Positions 13,668-27,248 of a stretch of DNA of 64,000 nucleotides are shown one piece after another. Made by a program: the position numbers and the translations under genes. The stretch comes from Sporopachydermia quercuum. Taxonomy: Eukaryota. The notes beneath the pieces were generated by a model. It was not told the origin of the DNA. It searched no databases and saw nothing but the letters and a program-made list of their open reading frames with translations. Every line of letters starts with the position of its first letter. Position 1 is the stretch's first letter. The stretch covers positions 190,138-254,137 of the forward strand of contig BCGN01000004.1 of assembly GCA_001599295.1 (NCBI GenBank), in the 5' to 3' direction.

Positions 13668-13697
13668 ATCACGTGATAAATACGGATCCGGGTAACA
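13668..13697. promoter_or_regulatory. Cbf1-type palindrome ATCACGTGAT plus Reb1-type CCGGGTAA in the divergent MCK1/MRPS18 promoter
   Basis: ATCACGTGAT at 13668-13677 and CCGGGTAA at 13688-13695. Reb1-type sites also occur near 1524 (TTACCCG) and 3864 (CCGGGTAA). Confidence 0.5.
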
Positions 13698-13903
13698 CAC
13701 TATTTATTCATCGCCAACAAGATTGCACAAATATGTGACAAACTTCATTTGAAAGACATAAGTGACTGCTACGATGGAAAGGTGTCAACATTACGATAAC
13801 AATAAAACGAAAATCGGTGTAATTAATGAATTGGGGTAAGCGGGTAGTNCTGGACTGTTGTGATAGTGCATCTAGACTTTAGAGGAGACAGATTATTGAA
13901 AAA

Positions 13904-14581
13904 ATGTTCACCAGCATCACCAGACTTAATGTTGTCAGGTCTTTCACTGGATTGAGAACTCAACAAAGCTTGAGAATGTTATCTTCAAGCGGAATCTTGA
14001 ACGACCAACGAGGGATACCTACCAAAAGCAATCCTATATTTGATACAAATGTCAAAAGAGCAAGAACCAATAGTGGTTTTTCAGGAGTCAATTTTAACAG
14101 TAATCCTGTAGATCAATTAATCAACAAAGATGGTATTAGAACAGTAAAGTATATTCTTCACGCCAGATTTTCCAAGAACAACATGCATTTGACATTTTCT
14201 TCCGTGGAAGAAGATGTGAACTATTTGGAAAAGAACGCAGATNAAGATTTCAACACACAAGTTCTTTATTATCTGAATCTACCACAGCGAGTGCGATTGA
14301 CAATGACATGTGGATCTGGTGGATACAAAGGCTATCTACGAGGAGAGTATGAATCTGCATATCAATCATCATCAAGGTTGTTTTCATTAATTCAACAGAA
14401 AGGTTATTTGAACGCCGATATTGAAATAGTTTTCAAAGGTTTTGGCAAATGTCGAATGGGGTTTCAAGATTCTTTACTAGGTAAAGAAGGTGAGAAGATA
14501 CGTCCTTTTATTACCAAGATATGTGATGCTACCCCTATCAAGATGGGTGGTGTTAAAGCTCCGAGACCTAGAAGGGTTTAA
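13904..14581 (+). CDS. MRPS18: Mitochondrial ribosomal protein uS11m
   Basis: S11-like SKNNMHLT, FKGFG, ICDATPIKMGGVKAPRPRRV. Presequence-like N-terminus. Adjacent to the MCK1-like kinase. Confidence 0.88.
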   Translation: MFTSITRLNVVRSFTGLRTQQSLRMLSSSGILNDQRGIPTKSNPIFDTNVKRARTNSGFSGVNFNSNPVDQLINKDGIRTVKYILHARFSKNNMHLTFSSVEEDVNYLEKNADXDFNTQVLYYLNLPQRVRLTMTCGSGGYKGYLRGEYESAYQSSSRLFSLIQQKGYLNADIEIVFKGFGKCRMGFQDSLLGKEGEKIRPFITKICDATPIKMGGVKAPRPRRV

Positions 14582-15293
14582 TTGCTCTTTAGCTTGTATA
14601 TATGAAGAAATAATTGAAATTCTGTGGGACCTTTGTAGTTTACGGAAAACTAAGAACTTAGATACTCAAGTTTAGCATAGAAAGCGTAGACCATATTGGA
14701 GATCAATCTTTTGTAGAACTTATTAAATCAGATGATATATATTTCATGCTTTTTTCAGCCATCTACTAGCATTATAGCTGACCCATTGAACCATTAGCTG
14801 CCATCATGTATTATGACAATGAACTCCAAATCGTCTTGTACTTTTGGTTCTGTCGTAACATAAAGTCTCGGTACAATAGCTTACTAAAAAGAGTTTGTCA
14901 CNTGACTTTCATGTGATATTATGTAGGACAGAAGAAAAGAATTTTTTTAGAGTGTCACAAGTTTTAACTCTTACGTTTACCGTAACTGGAAATTAATTTA
15001 TTATGTTTTTGTTGGTTTTTTATGACATTCCTTTATGGGACATACCCACGCTAACAATTCCGCCCAAGGGAAGACCGCTCAGAATGGAAAACCAAGCAAG
15101 AGCATGGAGACAACCCTTTCTCATACTGTCACTAACTGTTTGGATCTATCTTCTGACTTCATTTTCAGGTTTAATTCACACTCCTTCTTTGTTTATTGTT
15201 AATAACATCTGGATCTATAAAAGCCTGGTATATTTATTGTCGTTGTTGACTTCAGCATAAGCATATAAATATTAAATTCACAACTCAGGAACA

Positions 15294-16249
15294 ATGGCTG
15301 GTATGTATTGATTGTACAGAAAATGATATCAACAAAAGTCGAAGTCAGAGAGTTTTGGGAGGACAGGATAGAAGGTCAGAAGAAAACTCAATAAGCTATC
15401 AACAGTTATAAATCAAAAGCTAGGTAGACTCGAACAACTATACAGTATACACATTTGGATTTAGAGCAGTTCGATGTAAGGAAATGAAATGATATTATGA
15501 TACACAANCTTTCAGCATACATCACTGTTTAAACGATTAGAGGGTTATTTCACGTACAACATATCGAACCACTTTTTTCTCGTTTCGCACTCTCATTAAG
15601 ACTGTCGAAACTTTTATGGACACCATGCAAGAATCCATTAGTCAAAACAACAGCAAAACTCTGATGCATTTCGCATAGGAAGTTAGCGTTACACTCAACA
15701 AATATAGCAAATCAGCGGTTGCAATATGCCTTCAACACTTTCACTCATGAAGCTACCAAACTCATTGATCTCAATAGACATCGCACGCAAAATTATCTCT
15801 CATCTGAATTTATTACTAACATATCTATAGCTACCAAAGCTTCTAACGCTAAGAAGGCTGCCCTTAAGGGTGTCCAATCCAGCAAGGTCCAAAAGGTGCG
15901 AACTTCTACCTCTTTCCACCGCCCCAAGACTTTACAACTTGCCAGAAGCCCCAAGTACCAACGCAAGACTGTCGCACACTACCCACGTCTTGATGAATTT
16001 AAGGTGATTAGTCAACCTTGGACTTCTGAAACCGCCATGAAGTTGGTTGAAGACTCAAACACTTTAGTTTTCATTGTTGACATCAAGTCTAACAAGAGAC
16101 AAATCAAGGAAGCCGTTAAGAAGCTCTACAGTGTTGAAGCCGAAAAGGTCAGAACTTTGATCAAGCCTAACGGAACCAAGAAGGCCTACGTGAAGTTGAC
16201 TGCCGATTACGATGCTTTGGACGTTGCCAACAAGATTGGATATATCTAA
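15294..16249 (+). CDS. RPL25: 60S ribosomal protein uL23 (L25), 2 exons
   Basis: Exon 1 ATGGCTG 15294-15300. Intron 15301-15830 (GTATGT...TACTAAC...TAG). Exon 2, 15831-16249, has FHRPKTL, SETAMK and [23 protein letters not shown]. Confidence 0.96.
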
Positions 16250-16836
16250 TGGTTTTACAACTATATAATTTATATTGGGTGTGTTTATTCAATTTTAAAG
16301 CAGTTTAAGATCATCATGTATAGTCTAACAAGGACTTAATTAAATAATTGTTGTAGATTTATATTGTTATAGGTTTATTGTATTGATTATAGAACAAGTT
16401 ATAGGGAAGATAGTAGTTGTTCCTTTCGAAGTGTAAGGTACTGAAGTGTCTATAGTATCTCGGCTTCTAGTATCTTAAGCAGAGGAAAAGTCAGAGTAGC
16501 TTTCTGCCACACATACCTTCATTCCGTTTCCTATGTTTTCATTTATAGATGAATTGGTACTTGATTCAAGGAAAAGAGCCCAGCAGCTATTAGCCTCAGT
16601 TATGCCATAGTTAAAGCATGAAGCATATTGATATATCTCACGATTTTTGATGATAGAAAAACTGGAAATTGTGAAAATTCCTTTTGAACAAGTTGGCAGC
16701 GAGGTTCCGAGTTCCATTATCCCTTTTTGGAGAGTAAGATGAACAACCAACAGGTATGTCGTGTATAATTCCTACAATCATGGAAACATATTGTATCATA
16801 ATAAATAAATAAGTATTACTACTACTAAATCGTTAC

Positions 16837-17826
16837 TTAGATCTTAGGAGAAGTGATGAATTCAGCACCTTTGGTGATAGAACCCTTTAATTCAGCAACG
16901 GCTTCTTCGACAAGCTTCTTTTCAGCTTCACTAGTTTCAGTGAGAACATTCTTAATGCCAGTAACACCATCCTTGCCTAATTCAACAGGAAGTGAGAAGA
17001 ATTCAACACCCAATTCCTTGGAGATTGCTTCACCACCGGGGACACCAGGAAGGTAAACAAATGATGGAGTAGGATCAACCTTTTCACCAGCAGCTGCCTT
17101 CAAGATTGATTCAGAGAACTTGAAACCAGCATAAGCCATAGAAAGAGTAGCAGATCCAAGACCATTCTTGGCTTTGACGACTTCGTCACCACCAAATTGA
17201 ATGTGGTTGATAAGAGCATNTAACTCTTCAGGTGATAGCTTAGCATATAATTCAGATGATCCCAACGAGATCAATGGAACAATGGTCTTACCGGAGTGAC
17301 CACCAATGACAGGAACTGCGAAATCTTCTGGCTTCTTGGATAAAAGCTCAGCAACAAAAGTGTTGGCTCTAACGACATCTAAAGTAGTGACACCGAACAA
17401 TTTCAATGGGTTGAAAACACCAGCCTTCTTTAGAACTTCTGCAGCAATTGGCACAGTGGAGTTAACAGGGTTTGAGATGATTAAAACAAAGGCATTTGGA
17501 GCATAGTCAGCAACACCTTGAACTAAATCACGGACAATTCCTGCATTGATTTTGAATAAATCATCTCTGGTCATACCTGGCTTTCTTGGGATACCAGCAG
17601 GGATAACAACTAAATCAGCATCGGTGAATGCATCCTTGATGCCATTATCAGCTGGTAAATGACCACTAGCCTTGGCTGAGGTTGAGATATGAGCTAAATC
17701 TTGAGCAACACCAGGTGAGTTAACAACATCGTATAAAGATAACTCATCAACATATGGTGAAAGCTTGAATAAAAGTGATAATGGTTGACCAATACCACCA
17801 GCGGCTCCAGCAACAACAACCTTCAT
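16837..17826 (-). CDS. MDH2: NAD-dependent malate dehydrogenase (no presequence; cytosolic/peroxisomal type, at the MDH2 syntenic position)
   Basis: [34 protein letters not shown]. Ends in PKI. Convergent with RPL25 like S. cerevisiae MDH2. Confidence 0.85.
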   Translation of the reverse strand: MKVVVAGAAGGIGQPLSLLFKLSPYVDELSLYDVVNSPGVAQDLAHISTSAKASGHLPADNGIKDAFTDADLVVIPAGIPRKPGMTRDDLFKINAGIVRDLVQGVADYAPNAFVLIISNPVNSTVPIAAEVLKKAGVFNPLKLFGVTTLDVVRANTFVAELLSKKPEDFAVPVIGGHSGKTIVPLISLGSSELYAKLSPEELXALINHIQFGGDEVVKAKNGLGSATLSMAYAGFKFSESILKAAAGEKVDPTPSFVYLPGVPGGEAISKELGVEFFSLPVELGKDGVTGIKNVLTETSEAEKKLVEEAVAELKGSITKGAEFITSPKI

Positions 17827-18003
17827 ATTTGTATAGTATATAGTAAGTGTAGTAGTAATAATGCAGTAGTTATATACCTATTGTATATAATTGACTAGTA
17901 TAATTTTATAATGATGATGTCAAATAGTTAATATATAAAACTATTCTATTATTTTTTCATCTTCTGAGACAACATATTCATCTACAAGGCAAAGAAACAA
18001 TCT

Positions 18004-18046
18004 GTGGGGAAGAACTGGGGAATCTCACTTATTTATACAAGAGGGG
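18004..18046. promoter_or_regulatory. Putative Mig1/CreA-type GC boxes and an STRE upstream of the MDH gene
   Basis: GTGGGG 18004-18009, CTGGGG 18015-18020 and AGGGG 18042-18046 cluster around TATAAATA (minus strand), about 200 bp upstream of the start codon. Confidence 0.35.
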
Positions 18047-20620
18047 AAATATGTATATACTGATTACGAAATTTCACCTTATTAGCCATGTGAAGGTTGG
18101 GTAATTGTGTGACAAATGCGTGGTATTGTAACTACTTGGAAGTGAGAAAAACGTTGGGCAATGCGCAAAACATATAATGATTTATAAGGATATATTGATA
18201 TTTCTATAAGTGAGAAAGGTTTTTGATGGTTTATTAGTTAGATTGATAAAGATAAATGAAGCTGTCGATGGCATTCTTGATGAGAAGCTATTTTCTCGTT
18301 GGCGACAATTCAACTGCAATGAAGTGTAGCGTAGAGCTGAATAAGGAAATATTGGACTAAAGAGGGAACTCATGTATGTTAAGAAAGGAAATAACAGACA
18401 GAATAAGCAATTATGAGGAGATTATAGGATGAGGAGAAGATTGGATGAGGATTGAGAAAATAATACGTTTCACTTGACAAGAATCAGTATGATTAGATAC
18501 GCTGGATAGTGGTGGAGTGTTGGCAGTTCCTGATGTTCGTTTTTGGAATAAGTTTATGGTATATTAACATGGAAATTTGTTGCTAAATACACGATATTTG
18601 CTTGGTAGTATTACCCCACATATCGCACTAATAGTTAGCGAACTGTTGAAATTACACGCCTTTCGGTTAACTGAATAGTTTTCAAGTGGATTTTGATCCT
18701 ACTTTCGTACTTTATCTATGATGATCGAAAATCATGCCAAATTATCTTATTGAAAGGATAAAATATCAACCTATGCACCAATTTATCATGGATAATGTAG
18801 ATAACCTTTAGCTCATCTCATTGAACCCGGAGAAGGTCGGAATTATCTGTCATCATGGGTACTTGCTATGGGGAATATCGGACATTGATTGAAAATGATT
18901 GGGAAAACTCGGGTTGTATATATGCANGAACATGTAGAATATGAAGATAAGTGCAGCATTNTGTACCTACAATTGATTAATGGAAGAATGGTTAGTGAAA
19001 AGAGATGGCATGAAAACCATATGAAATCTAACGAAAAAGTTTACGAAAAGCAAAAGGAGAGCTGTAAGAGTTGTATTTAATATTTGTTTATCAATTCCAT
19101 ATTAGGTGTCTATTATTGTTTCAAATTGAAAAGCCATTTTCCTCCAAATATGGACTTCATGGTTCTTCCTCCCATGCTTTCATACTTGCATGCAGGTTAT
19201 ATGCATGATCTGAGATATTGCACAATTNTCTGGATCACCGGAAAAGAAGACTTCCTCAGTATATTAAAAATGCCAATTCTTTACGTACATGAGAATGAAT
19301 AAATCCGGGGTATTTTATAAGAAGATGTGGCTGATTCAAAGCAAGCAATTGATAACTTTTAAAAGGCAATAGAAGAATGGAGTGATTGGATGAGGAGATT
19401 AATAATTGAATTAGATGATTAATGTTATACTTTGAATCAGGATACATTATATCTATCCCGAGTACATCCGAAAGTGATGAGAGGTGGAAGTAAGGAAATG
19501 AATAGCGTGAATAAGGATTATTAGGGGTACTGATACTAGGATTCAACAGATTTATGTTATTCTAGTATTTTTTCTTTCTGGGATTCATTGATATCGCGGA
19601 CCTGATTTTGCAGAACTGCTCTCGCGGAATTCAATTGACTACCTAAGTGTCTCCAACTATCTAATGTAGATGTACCAGAAATTGTGTAACTTATATACGA
19701 AATACATGACGTTGCACCACTGGTTGAGTAGAGAGAAGTGATCAATAAAAGAAACATCATTATTACTACCAATACTATTATTGAGCGAACATGGATTATG
19801 NCTTGAACAGCAGTGTAGCTCATGGCATTCAGACCTTCAGGTGATCTCATGTCGTCACTCGAGAGTTGTTACTATCGAAAGATTGTCTAATCATTAACCA
19901 ACAACCCCCTCTCTCATGTGACCGCAATTACTCCCTGCCACTTCGATAAAAGTTATAATTCATTCATGAAAAGCGTAGTGTATAGAAATTGTTTGTATGT
20001 AAGAATAATCTACTATTTGAATGATACTTAAATTTCTGACTTGATATTATAGCAAACCATATGAATAAACAGTGTTTATACATTTTTTAGAAACTATCAA
20101 TTGTATGCAAATAACAAAGTGTTCAGTTCATAATCACTCACGCTAGAGTGATGGATATAGCACGTTTCTTTCCATTCCTCAAAGTGGACTCCATTAATCT
20201 AAAATTAATTTTGCTCCTCGCTTTTAATCTATGGAGAGTAGATATCATTGTAGCTGCATTATCTAGATATTTTGTTTTGTTACCTTTTCGCAGTAGCAGA
20301 CATAGTGCTAAAAATCAGGGTGAGAACACCTTTGCTTCATCAAAACATCACATCAAATCGCATAAGCATAATTAAGCAGTCAAGCATTTAACTAAAAGTA
20401 TCATATTCCTTTCCAAAAGCATGTGAGCGTAAGTACCAGGCAATCTGGGGTCAATGTGTTGTTATCATGGTCACCATGAAGTCAGCGACTTTCCCTTTGC
20501 TTTCCTACTCTTTGCTTTCCTACTCTTTCCTTTCCTTTCCTTGTATTTGCCTTCCCATTTACTGCACATTCACTTCTTAACACCAGGACCATTTCATTCA
20601 ACTACCCAAACGCTTACTAT

Positions 20621-22861
20621 TCAGTACCTATTATCATCTAACACTTCTGTCGAGAAAAAACTATCAGGTGGAGTACATGCACCTAATGCTCGTGTGGCAT
20701 GAGAATTAAGAAAAGTCAACCCAAATATATAACTAGCATTGACCCAACCAAATCCTTCGGTTGCAACACCTTTGAAATCAGTTCCTTGATTGCCATACTC
20801 AGCATCAACTCTGTGAGGATCGATTGGTCTAGTAACATCATACTTCTCAACTACTATACCATTATAATCAACAAAAGCTTTGGTCATCAAATATAACCAC
20901 CGATAAACCAATCTCTCAGTATCCTCTACATATCCATACTTCATTAGCCCAACCCAAGTCAACATCTGTTGAGGAGCCCAACCATAGGGATAGTCCCATT
21001 GCCGATTAGGTCTATCGAGACCAATCACACCACGAGATTTCTCGGTACCAGCGACGATGCCACCAAACATTTCAAACTTCGGTAATGTAAGTTCAACCAT
21101 TTTGGCTGCCTGTCTTGGAGTGACTAAGCCTGCCCACATTGCCCAGAACGTTGTAGCTGATTCATAAGTTGATTGCTTTTTCTTTTTTATGTCATAATCA
21201 AAAAACATACCTTCTTTCTCATTCCATAAATACTTATTGATTCTATCTCTTCGTACTCTGCTTCTTCTATCCCAAGTAGAGGAACTCTCAATTCTTCCAT
21301 CAGGAAGACGCAATTGGTCCCCGAAGTAAACTCGGATGATGTATGCCAGATCTATTTCATACTTGAATAATAATGAATTGAGGTCAATAGTAGCTAGATT
21401 GGCACATCTGCCTTCTAATCTGTAAGTAGTATCATGGCCAGATTCTCTCACAGCTCTATCGTGAAGAAAGTAATCATCTAACTCAGGCTCAGTGACTTCC
21501 TCATTATTATACTTTTTTTGGAACTCCGGTATGGTTACATTATACTTCTCAGCATATGGCTTCAATACAGTATCGAAATGTGATGGTTCAGTTTCTGGTG
21601 GGATACCTAAACCATCAGGATGATAGCACGACAAACCAGTGGCAGTGTCGAGTCTCGGTTCAGCACACCAAACACCTTCATATTCTTTGATAGCAGCACA
21701 AGTTGCTCGGTAAAGGAAGTTTTTAGCAGACCCTTGGACCAGATAGCCTGGTATAGAACCATCATTAGATTCGTCACTATTGTTATGACCGTTGCTTGAT
21801 TGATACTTAACCTTTTCGTATATTCGTAATGTCATATCAGTGAGGAAAGGTGGCTGAGATCTACATAGATAATAAGATCTATTAGCATTGAGAATCTTAC
21901 CATAATGCGTGATCTCGTAGATAAAATTCTCAACCATTCCTTTAGCTAGATCAATTCTATTGTTAACCAATAAACCCAGTGTCTCCATATAAGAATCCCA
22001 ACCGTACTGCTCATTAAATCTACCTCCAGGAACAACATAAGGAAATCCTCTTAATGTTTCCTCACCAGTTGTTTCATCGTGACATTTTTCCATAGCTAAT
22101 GCTAACAATCCAGGCCTGTCGTTGATAGATTTAACAAACTCTGGTGTAATATCCTTTGGTAAATACTCAACTTCGAGTAGGACATCAGCGAAGTCTTCAG
22201 CTACAGAAACAAAGAATTCATACTGCTCGGTTTCTCCATGAGGAACATAGATTCTTGGGTTGGAATGAATAGTTTTAATCTTGCTGTCAGAAGCAAATTT
22301 GATGATGCTAGTAGAATCCAGCCTTCGGGTCAAATTGTTCCAAAACTGGGTTGAAATAATTCTAGATAATCTAGCAACAGGATTCTCGTTTAATCGTGCT
22401 TCATCCATGATTATACTCTTCTTGCCAAACTTCTTTGCTAGTGTAAGTTCTTGTAATAAATTTGATAGCATGTAAGTACCTCTAATATCAGTTTTGTTAT
22501 ATCCTTCGGAGTTAGCAGTACCTAGCTGAAGAACCTTAGGTCCTGAGTCTTCAATAGTGATTTGATCATTATTGTCAGTATCTTCTACTTCTAATAAGCT
22601 TTTGAGAGTGGTATCAATATCAGGAATCAAAAACTGACGATTGCCAGTTCTGATATCCATTGATGCTCTTCTTCTTAAAGACTTCTTCAACTCTAGGGCA
22701 TCCTCAGAAGGATTATTACGACCAGCAGCGGGATCAATGATAGACAACGTTCTGGTTTTATGAGTTCTTGTGTTGACAGTCATTGGGTTATTTTGAGGTC
22801 CATAATAGATTTCTGGACCCGCAAAAGGGTCAAGCGCTGATGATCTTCGTCTGGATGTCAT
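20621..22861 (-). CDS. NTH1: Neutral trehalase (GH37)
   Basis: [47 protein letters not shown]. Ca-binding [13 protein letters not shown]-terminal PKA-type sites RRRSS and RRAS. Confidence 0.97.
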   Translation of the reverse strand: MTSRRRSSALDPFAGPEIYYGPQNNPMTVNTRTHKTRTLSIIDPAAGRNNPSEDALELKKSLRRRASMDIRTGNRQFLIPDIDTTLKSLLEVEDTDNNDQITIEDSGPKVLQLGTANSEGYNKTDIRGTYMLSNLLQELTLAKKFGKKSIIMDEARLNENPVARLSRIISTQFWNNLTRRLDSTSIIKFASDSKIKTIHSNPRIYVPHGETEQYEFFVSVAEDFADVLLEVEYLPKDITPEFVKSINDRPGLLALAMEKCHDETTGEETLRGFPYVVPGGRFNEQYGWDSYMETLGLLVNNRIDLAKGMVENFIYEITHYGKILNANRSYYLCRSQPPFLTDMTLRIYEKVKYQSSNGHNNSDESNDGSIPGYLVQGSAKNFLYRATCAAIKEYEGVWCAEPRLDTATGLSCYHPDGLGIPPETEPSHFDTVLKPYAEKYNVTIPEFQKKYNNEEVTEPELDDYFLHDRAVRESGHDTTYRLEGRCANLATIDLNSLLFKYEIDLAYIIRVYFGDQLRLPDGRIESSSTWDRRSRVRRDRINKYLWNEKEGMFFDYDIKKKKQSTYESATTFWAMWAGLVTPRQAAKMVELTLPKFEMFGGIVAGTEKSRGVIGLDRPNRQWDYPYGWAPQQMLTWVGLMKYGYVEDTERLVYRWLYLMTKAFVDYNGIVVEKYDVTRPIDPHRVDAEYGNQGTDFKGVATEGFGWVNASYIFGLTFLNSHATRALGACTPPDSFFSTEVLDDNRY

Positions 22862-24248
22862 ACTTCTAGTCTATGTGTTGCTATGCATGTAGGTGGGAGG
22901 GAGAAATAGATAATGTACAAGTGGTTGTGAAGATGTTAATGCAAATGCTTATAAGTTCACCAAGTATCAAAATAAAAGAGTTGTTGCAAACTTGACGAGA
23001 TGAATGAAAGATTCAGCTAGCTTCCACAGCTTTTGCTATCCGATGTATGTAGGCGATCAGTGATGGTTTAGTAGCTAAGTCCTTGATGATGTTGCGTCTG
23101 ATTCTGATACGAGTATGTAAAAGATGCTGCTAGTATGCACAGCTCGAACCCTTAGATACTAATAAATGAGTTATCAGATAATTCAATTGGATGCTTGATA
23201 ATAACGTCAATTAAATAGCTCNATGCGTTGTTTCACANGAGATAAGAAGAATAGTTGTCAATTGTTTTAGACGGTTTATCTGATAGACTTTTAAGGCGCT
23301 GAGAAGATGCCTGACTAAAATATGCATAACATCTGCAGTTGGCTGTTTCTGGCAAGACGAAAGATAGAGGGAGGGGTGGCGGAAGACTGGAAGAAATGAG
23401 TAGGTGAAGAGGAAAGGATATCTTGATAGAAATGAGTTTGCAGTTGATTATTATAATAATAATATCAATAGAAACAGAATTTCTTTTTTTATTGTATTCG
23501 CAATTTCACTGTTTGTCTAGGCTTGGAGGTTGTTGATTTTCCTTTATTTTAGTAGTATGTTCATATTCGTCATCGAGCATTCAATGATCACGTAATATAT
23601 AAATTAAAAATAGCTGCGCTTATTGTTCAGAGCAACGTATCCGATAATTCCAGTCGAAAGTGAGTGAAACTCCCAAATAATGCCTAAAACCGCACTTGAA
23701 ATAACACTTCATCATCACATTTTATACACTCTTCCAGTCACTAAACTATTGATTATCTCATTTATACTCTTTTTTAAACCAATCTTTTTCCACTTCCATC
23801 AGATCACGTCATCATTAATGTATCAGGTCCCTCCGATCGATGTTTGGGTGGCAAGTTTACTTGGGGCGCAATTCTGAAGATCCTTCCATAGTCTTCTTTC
23901 CTTCTGTAACAACTTCATNTCTCTCTCCATTCCACACCCAATGGTACAAAGATCTCTCGATAGTAACAAATTTTTGTTGACAACACAAACAAACACTTAA
24001 ACATTCGAGAAAACTAAAATGGCAAACAATCTTCTTTTTTGATCTACATGATGTTTAGCCAGCTGTTGATGATAATAAAAAGAAACATCAACGTATTCAT
24101 AAATATAAAGCAAATCTATTAGGTAATTTGGTGAAATCGATTGAATATATCAGTGTAATTGAATATTGGAAGAGTGTTGTTCCGTATTTGAGATAGTCGA
24201 TAGATAGTTGAACTGAGCTGAATTGTTGATAAGCAAATTCCTATCATA

Positions 24249-25146
24249 ATGTCAGAAGCTGAAACTAAGAAAGAAGAAACAACCGCACCTTCTTTACCAT
24301 CAAACTTGTTGTCCATGTTTGGCGGTAAGAAGGAGGCCAAGAAGGAAGAAGAAAAAGAAGAGAAAGAAGAGAAAGAAGAGAAAGAAGGAAAAAACAAGAA
24401 AGAAGAGACTGAAGGAGAAAGTAAGAGTGGTGACAAGGGTAAAGAAGAAGAAGCTCCAGAATCACCAGATGTTCACTTTGAACCTTTAGTTCATCTTGAC
24501 AAAGTGGATATCAAGACTAATGAAGAAGAAGAAGAAGTATTTTTCAAAATGTGAGTTAATTTTTAAATACGGAGTTGAATTAAATGAGTTGGCAAAGGAT
24601 AGATGGTTAGGTATTCGTACTAGTAATGATAATGGAGAGAGTGGAGAGAGATGAGCACAGATCTTGCCATTATTTCCAAATTCTAGTGAATATTGGTGCT
24701 AATAGTTTAGCTCCCTATCCATGATATTGCTAAGAACTTCATTCTTTTTCGCGTTATTCTCCGTTTCTTTTTCATAACATACTAACATTTGAATATCTAG
24801 ACGAGCCAAGCTTTTCAGATTTGACCCGGAATCTAAAGAATGGAAAGAAAGAGGAACTGGTGATGTGAAATTATTACAACACAAGACTACCAAGAAAATC
24901 CGATTAGTCATGAGAAGAGATAAGACACTTAAGATTTGTGCTAATCATTATATTACTTCAGAAATCTCTCTTAAGCCTAATGTCGGATCTGATAGATCAT
25001 GGGTTTACTCCGTTGCTGCTGATATCAGTGAAGAAGAACCTGAAGCCCAAACTTTGGCTATTCGTTTCGGTAACAGTGAGAATGCCAACAAGTTCAAGGA
25101 AAAGGTTGAAGAAGCCCAAAAAATCAATAAGGAACTCTTTAAGTAA
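24249..25146 (+). CDS. YRB1: Ran-binding protein 1, 2 exons
   Basis: Exon 1 24249-24550. Intron 24551-24800 (GTGAGT...TACTAAC...TAG). Exon 2 24801-25146. The splice gives [22 protein letters not shown]...[13 protein letters not shown]. Confidence 0.95.
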
Positions 25147-25697
25147 ATATGGTAGATAAGTGGGACCAATACAAAGTAACCTAATAAGAATTTGATCTGA
25201 GTATTATTTATTGGTGTATTCCTATTTATGAAAGGTATAATTATCGACCAATGACTGAATGGATAAATGCATTATATTTATTATCATATGAGAATTTGTT
25301 ATTTTTCATGTTGAATTGATTTACTTAGTAGTAAAATCTTTGTTGAAAAAGATCACAGTCAAATGAGAAGTACTAGCAAAAGAACTAGGCAATTATCGAT
25401 GTCGTTATTGCTGATTCTACCGAAACTTTCGTGATGTTAATTACTGGTTGACTAATGGTTGACAACCGGTTAATTACTCGTATAACTGCTGTAAGTGTTA
25501 TTATTGCTATTGGATAAATGATGATGTTATTTTGAGCAGGTATGGCATTACCATTCATGCACGCTAAAAAAATCAAAACTATCAACCAAAACACTTCTTT
25601 TATCAACTATTGGTCCATTTCTTCTTCCCCATTATAATTAAGTCGCCTTGACATATTATTACTTCGTTTTATTTCTTTTTCTTATCCCCAAATGCTG

Positions 25698-26507
25698 CTA
25701 ATCAAGCTTGTAATCGCTCTCTTTCTGCTCTCTCCAAGCTCTCCAACTCCATCGTAACAAAACTAGAGCCATTCGCCAATTAGTGAACTCAGGCCACATG
25801 CAATCAAGAAATTCGAACGAGCAATGTGAATCAATGCACTGCCATAGCAAAAAATCACTTAGCCGCTTCATACCACTGGTTCGAATCAGGATATCCAACT
25901 TTGGGCATTCTCCCATATACATTGCTTTCTCTAGCTGTTCTTCCGTCATATCTACACTTTCACTATCATTGCCATCCTCATTNCTATTTGCATTTTCCAT
26001 TTGATCCTTTATAACTTTCTTCATGGCTCTAACTATATCGTCTCGTGAAGTATACGGCAGACACACATTGAGCACAGCTCTATTATTATTCTTCGTTTGA
26101 TCTTCAACCTTTCTAATCATCTCCAGAACGTCTTTCGGCAGTAATTCAACTTCCCCTAGAACTTTCACTCTAACGCCATACTTTTCAGCTAACTCACCTT
26201 TGCCAGAAATTAATTCGAATTTTTCTCGCAACAGCTTCATCAAAGATTTCACTTCTTCAGGACTCCGTTTGAAGTTTTCTTTGGAAAATGCAAATACAGT
26301 AGCTTCTTTCACACCGCAGAGATAGCATAGCTCTAAGATTTCACTCATAGACTGAAATCCTACCTCATGGCCTTTAGCTACTGGTATTCCATGGGATCTG
26401 GCATATCTTCTGTTTCCATCCATAATGAATCCTATGTGCTTAGGCGTTGGTCCCGTTTGATAGATGGAAGCAAATATGCTAGCTGCTGTAGATATTAGGC
26501 GATCCAT
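25698..26507 (-). CDS. RER2: cis-prenyltransferase (dehydrodolichyl diphosphate synthase)
   Basis: HIGFIMDGNRRYAR, FAFSKENFKR, IRTSG..RLSDFLLWQ. First ATG at 26507. Divergent from COQ1 as in S. cerevisiae. Confidence 0.88.
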   Translation of the reverse strand: MDRLISTAASIFASIYQTGPTPKHIGFIMDGNRRYARSHGIPVAKGHEVGFQSMSEILELCYLCGVKEATVFAFSKENFKRSPEEVKSLMKLLREKFELISGKGELAEKYGVRVKVLGEVELLPKDVLEMIRKVEDQTKNNNRAVLNVCLPYTSRDDIVRAMKKVIKDQMENANXNEDGNDSESVDMTEEQLEKAMYMGECPKLDILIRTSGMKRLSDFLLWQCIDSHCSFEFLDCMWPEFTNWRMALVLLRWSWRAWREQKESDYKLD

Positions 26508-27248
26508 GACGCTANTTAAGTATATATAAATGCTCTTGTAGAACACAATGGTAAACTGTATTAAAATTTAGTGAAATCGACTGAGATTCAAGTAATTAAT
26601 TAGATAATAATTTATCTATTTACTAGATTCATATTTGTATCTATTTGACGTAACATCATCAAGCTGGCATAAAACGTTAGAGTACTATATTGTTTCCGAT
26701 ATTCTCAATGGATGAATTGCTTGATGAAGATTATCTCCGAAATATTAGAGTGAGATGGGAGGTTGTAATAGGGAGTACGGGAGATTAGCAAGTAGTTTGG
26801 TTGTTCATAGTGTTATTTCATACTTTCCGGAATTGAATGTCAAAAACAGGCAGCGAAAAGTATATAAATGAATTACTTTCTTTCTTTTCTATTCTTTTCA
26901 TTTAGTGTAAAAGAATTGAATCCTAACGGCCCCCTTCTCCGTTTTGGTCTTTTCTGCTCTCTCNAATCAAGATAATAAATATGACATAATCAACAATACA
27001 ATATTGCTTTAAGTTAATGATCACATAATCATTTAGTTTCCCCAACCAAATCGACAGAAGAAAAATTAGTGAAATTTCAGCTATCGAAACACTTTCTATC
27101 CCATCAATTAAACTATTAGTTCAACCGCCCAATCCACTATTGATACATTTTGACTATCCAAAATATCCACATTTTTATCAAAATAGCACATAAAACTCCA
27201 ATCAATCATCCCTGGAGTAACCATAAGCCATTCAGGACAATTATAGAC

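Noticed and set aside
18889..19850. Short ORFs between MDH and NTH1
   Set aside because: No motifs, mostly non-ATG starts, and composition typical of AT-rich non-coding DNA.
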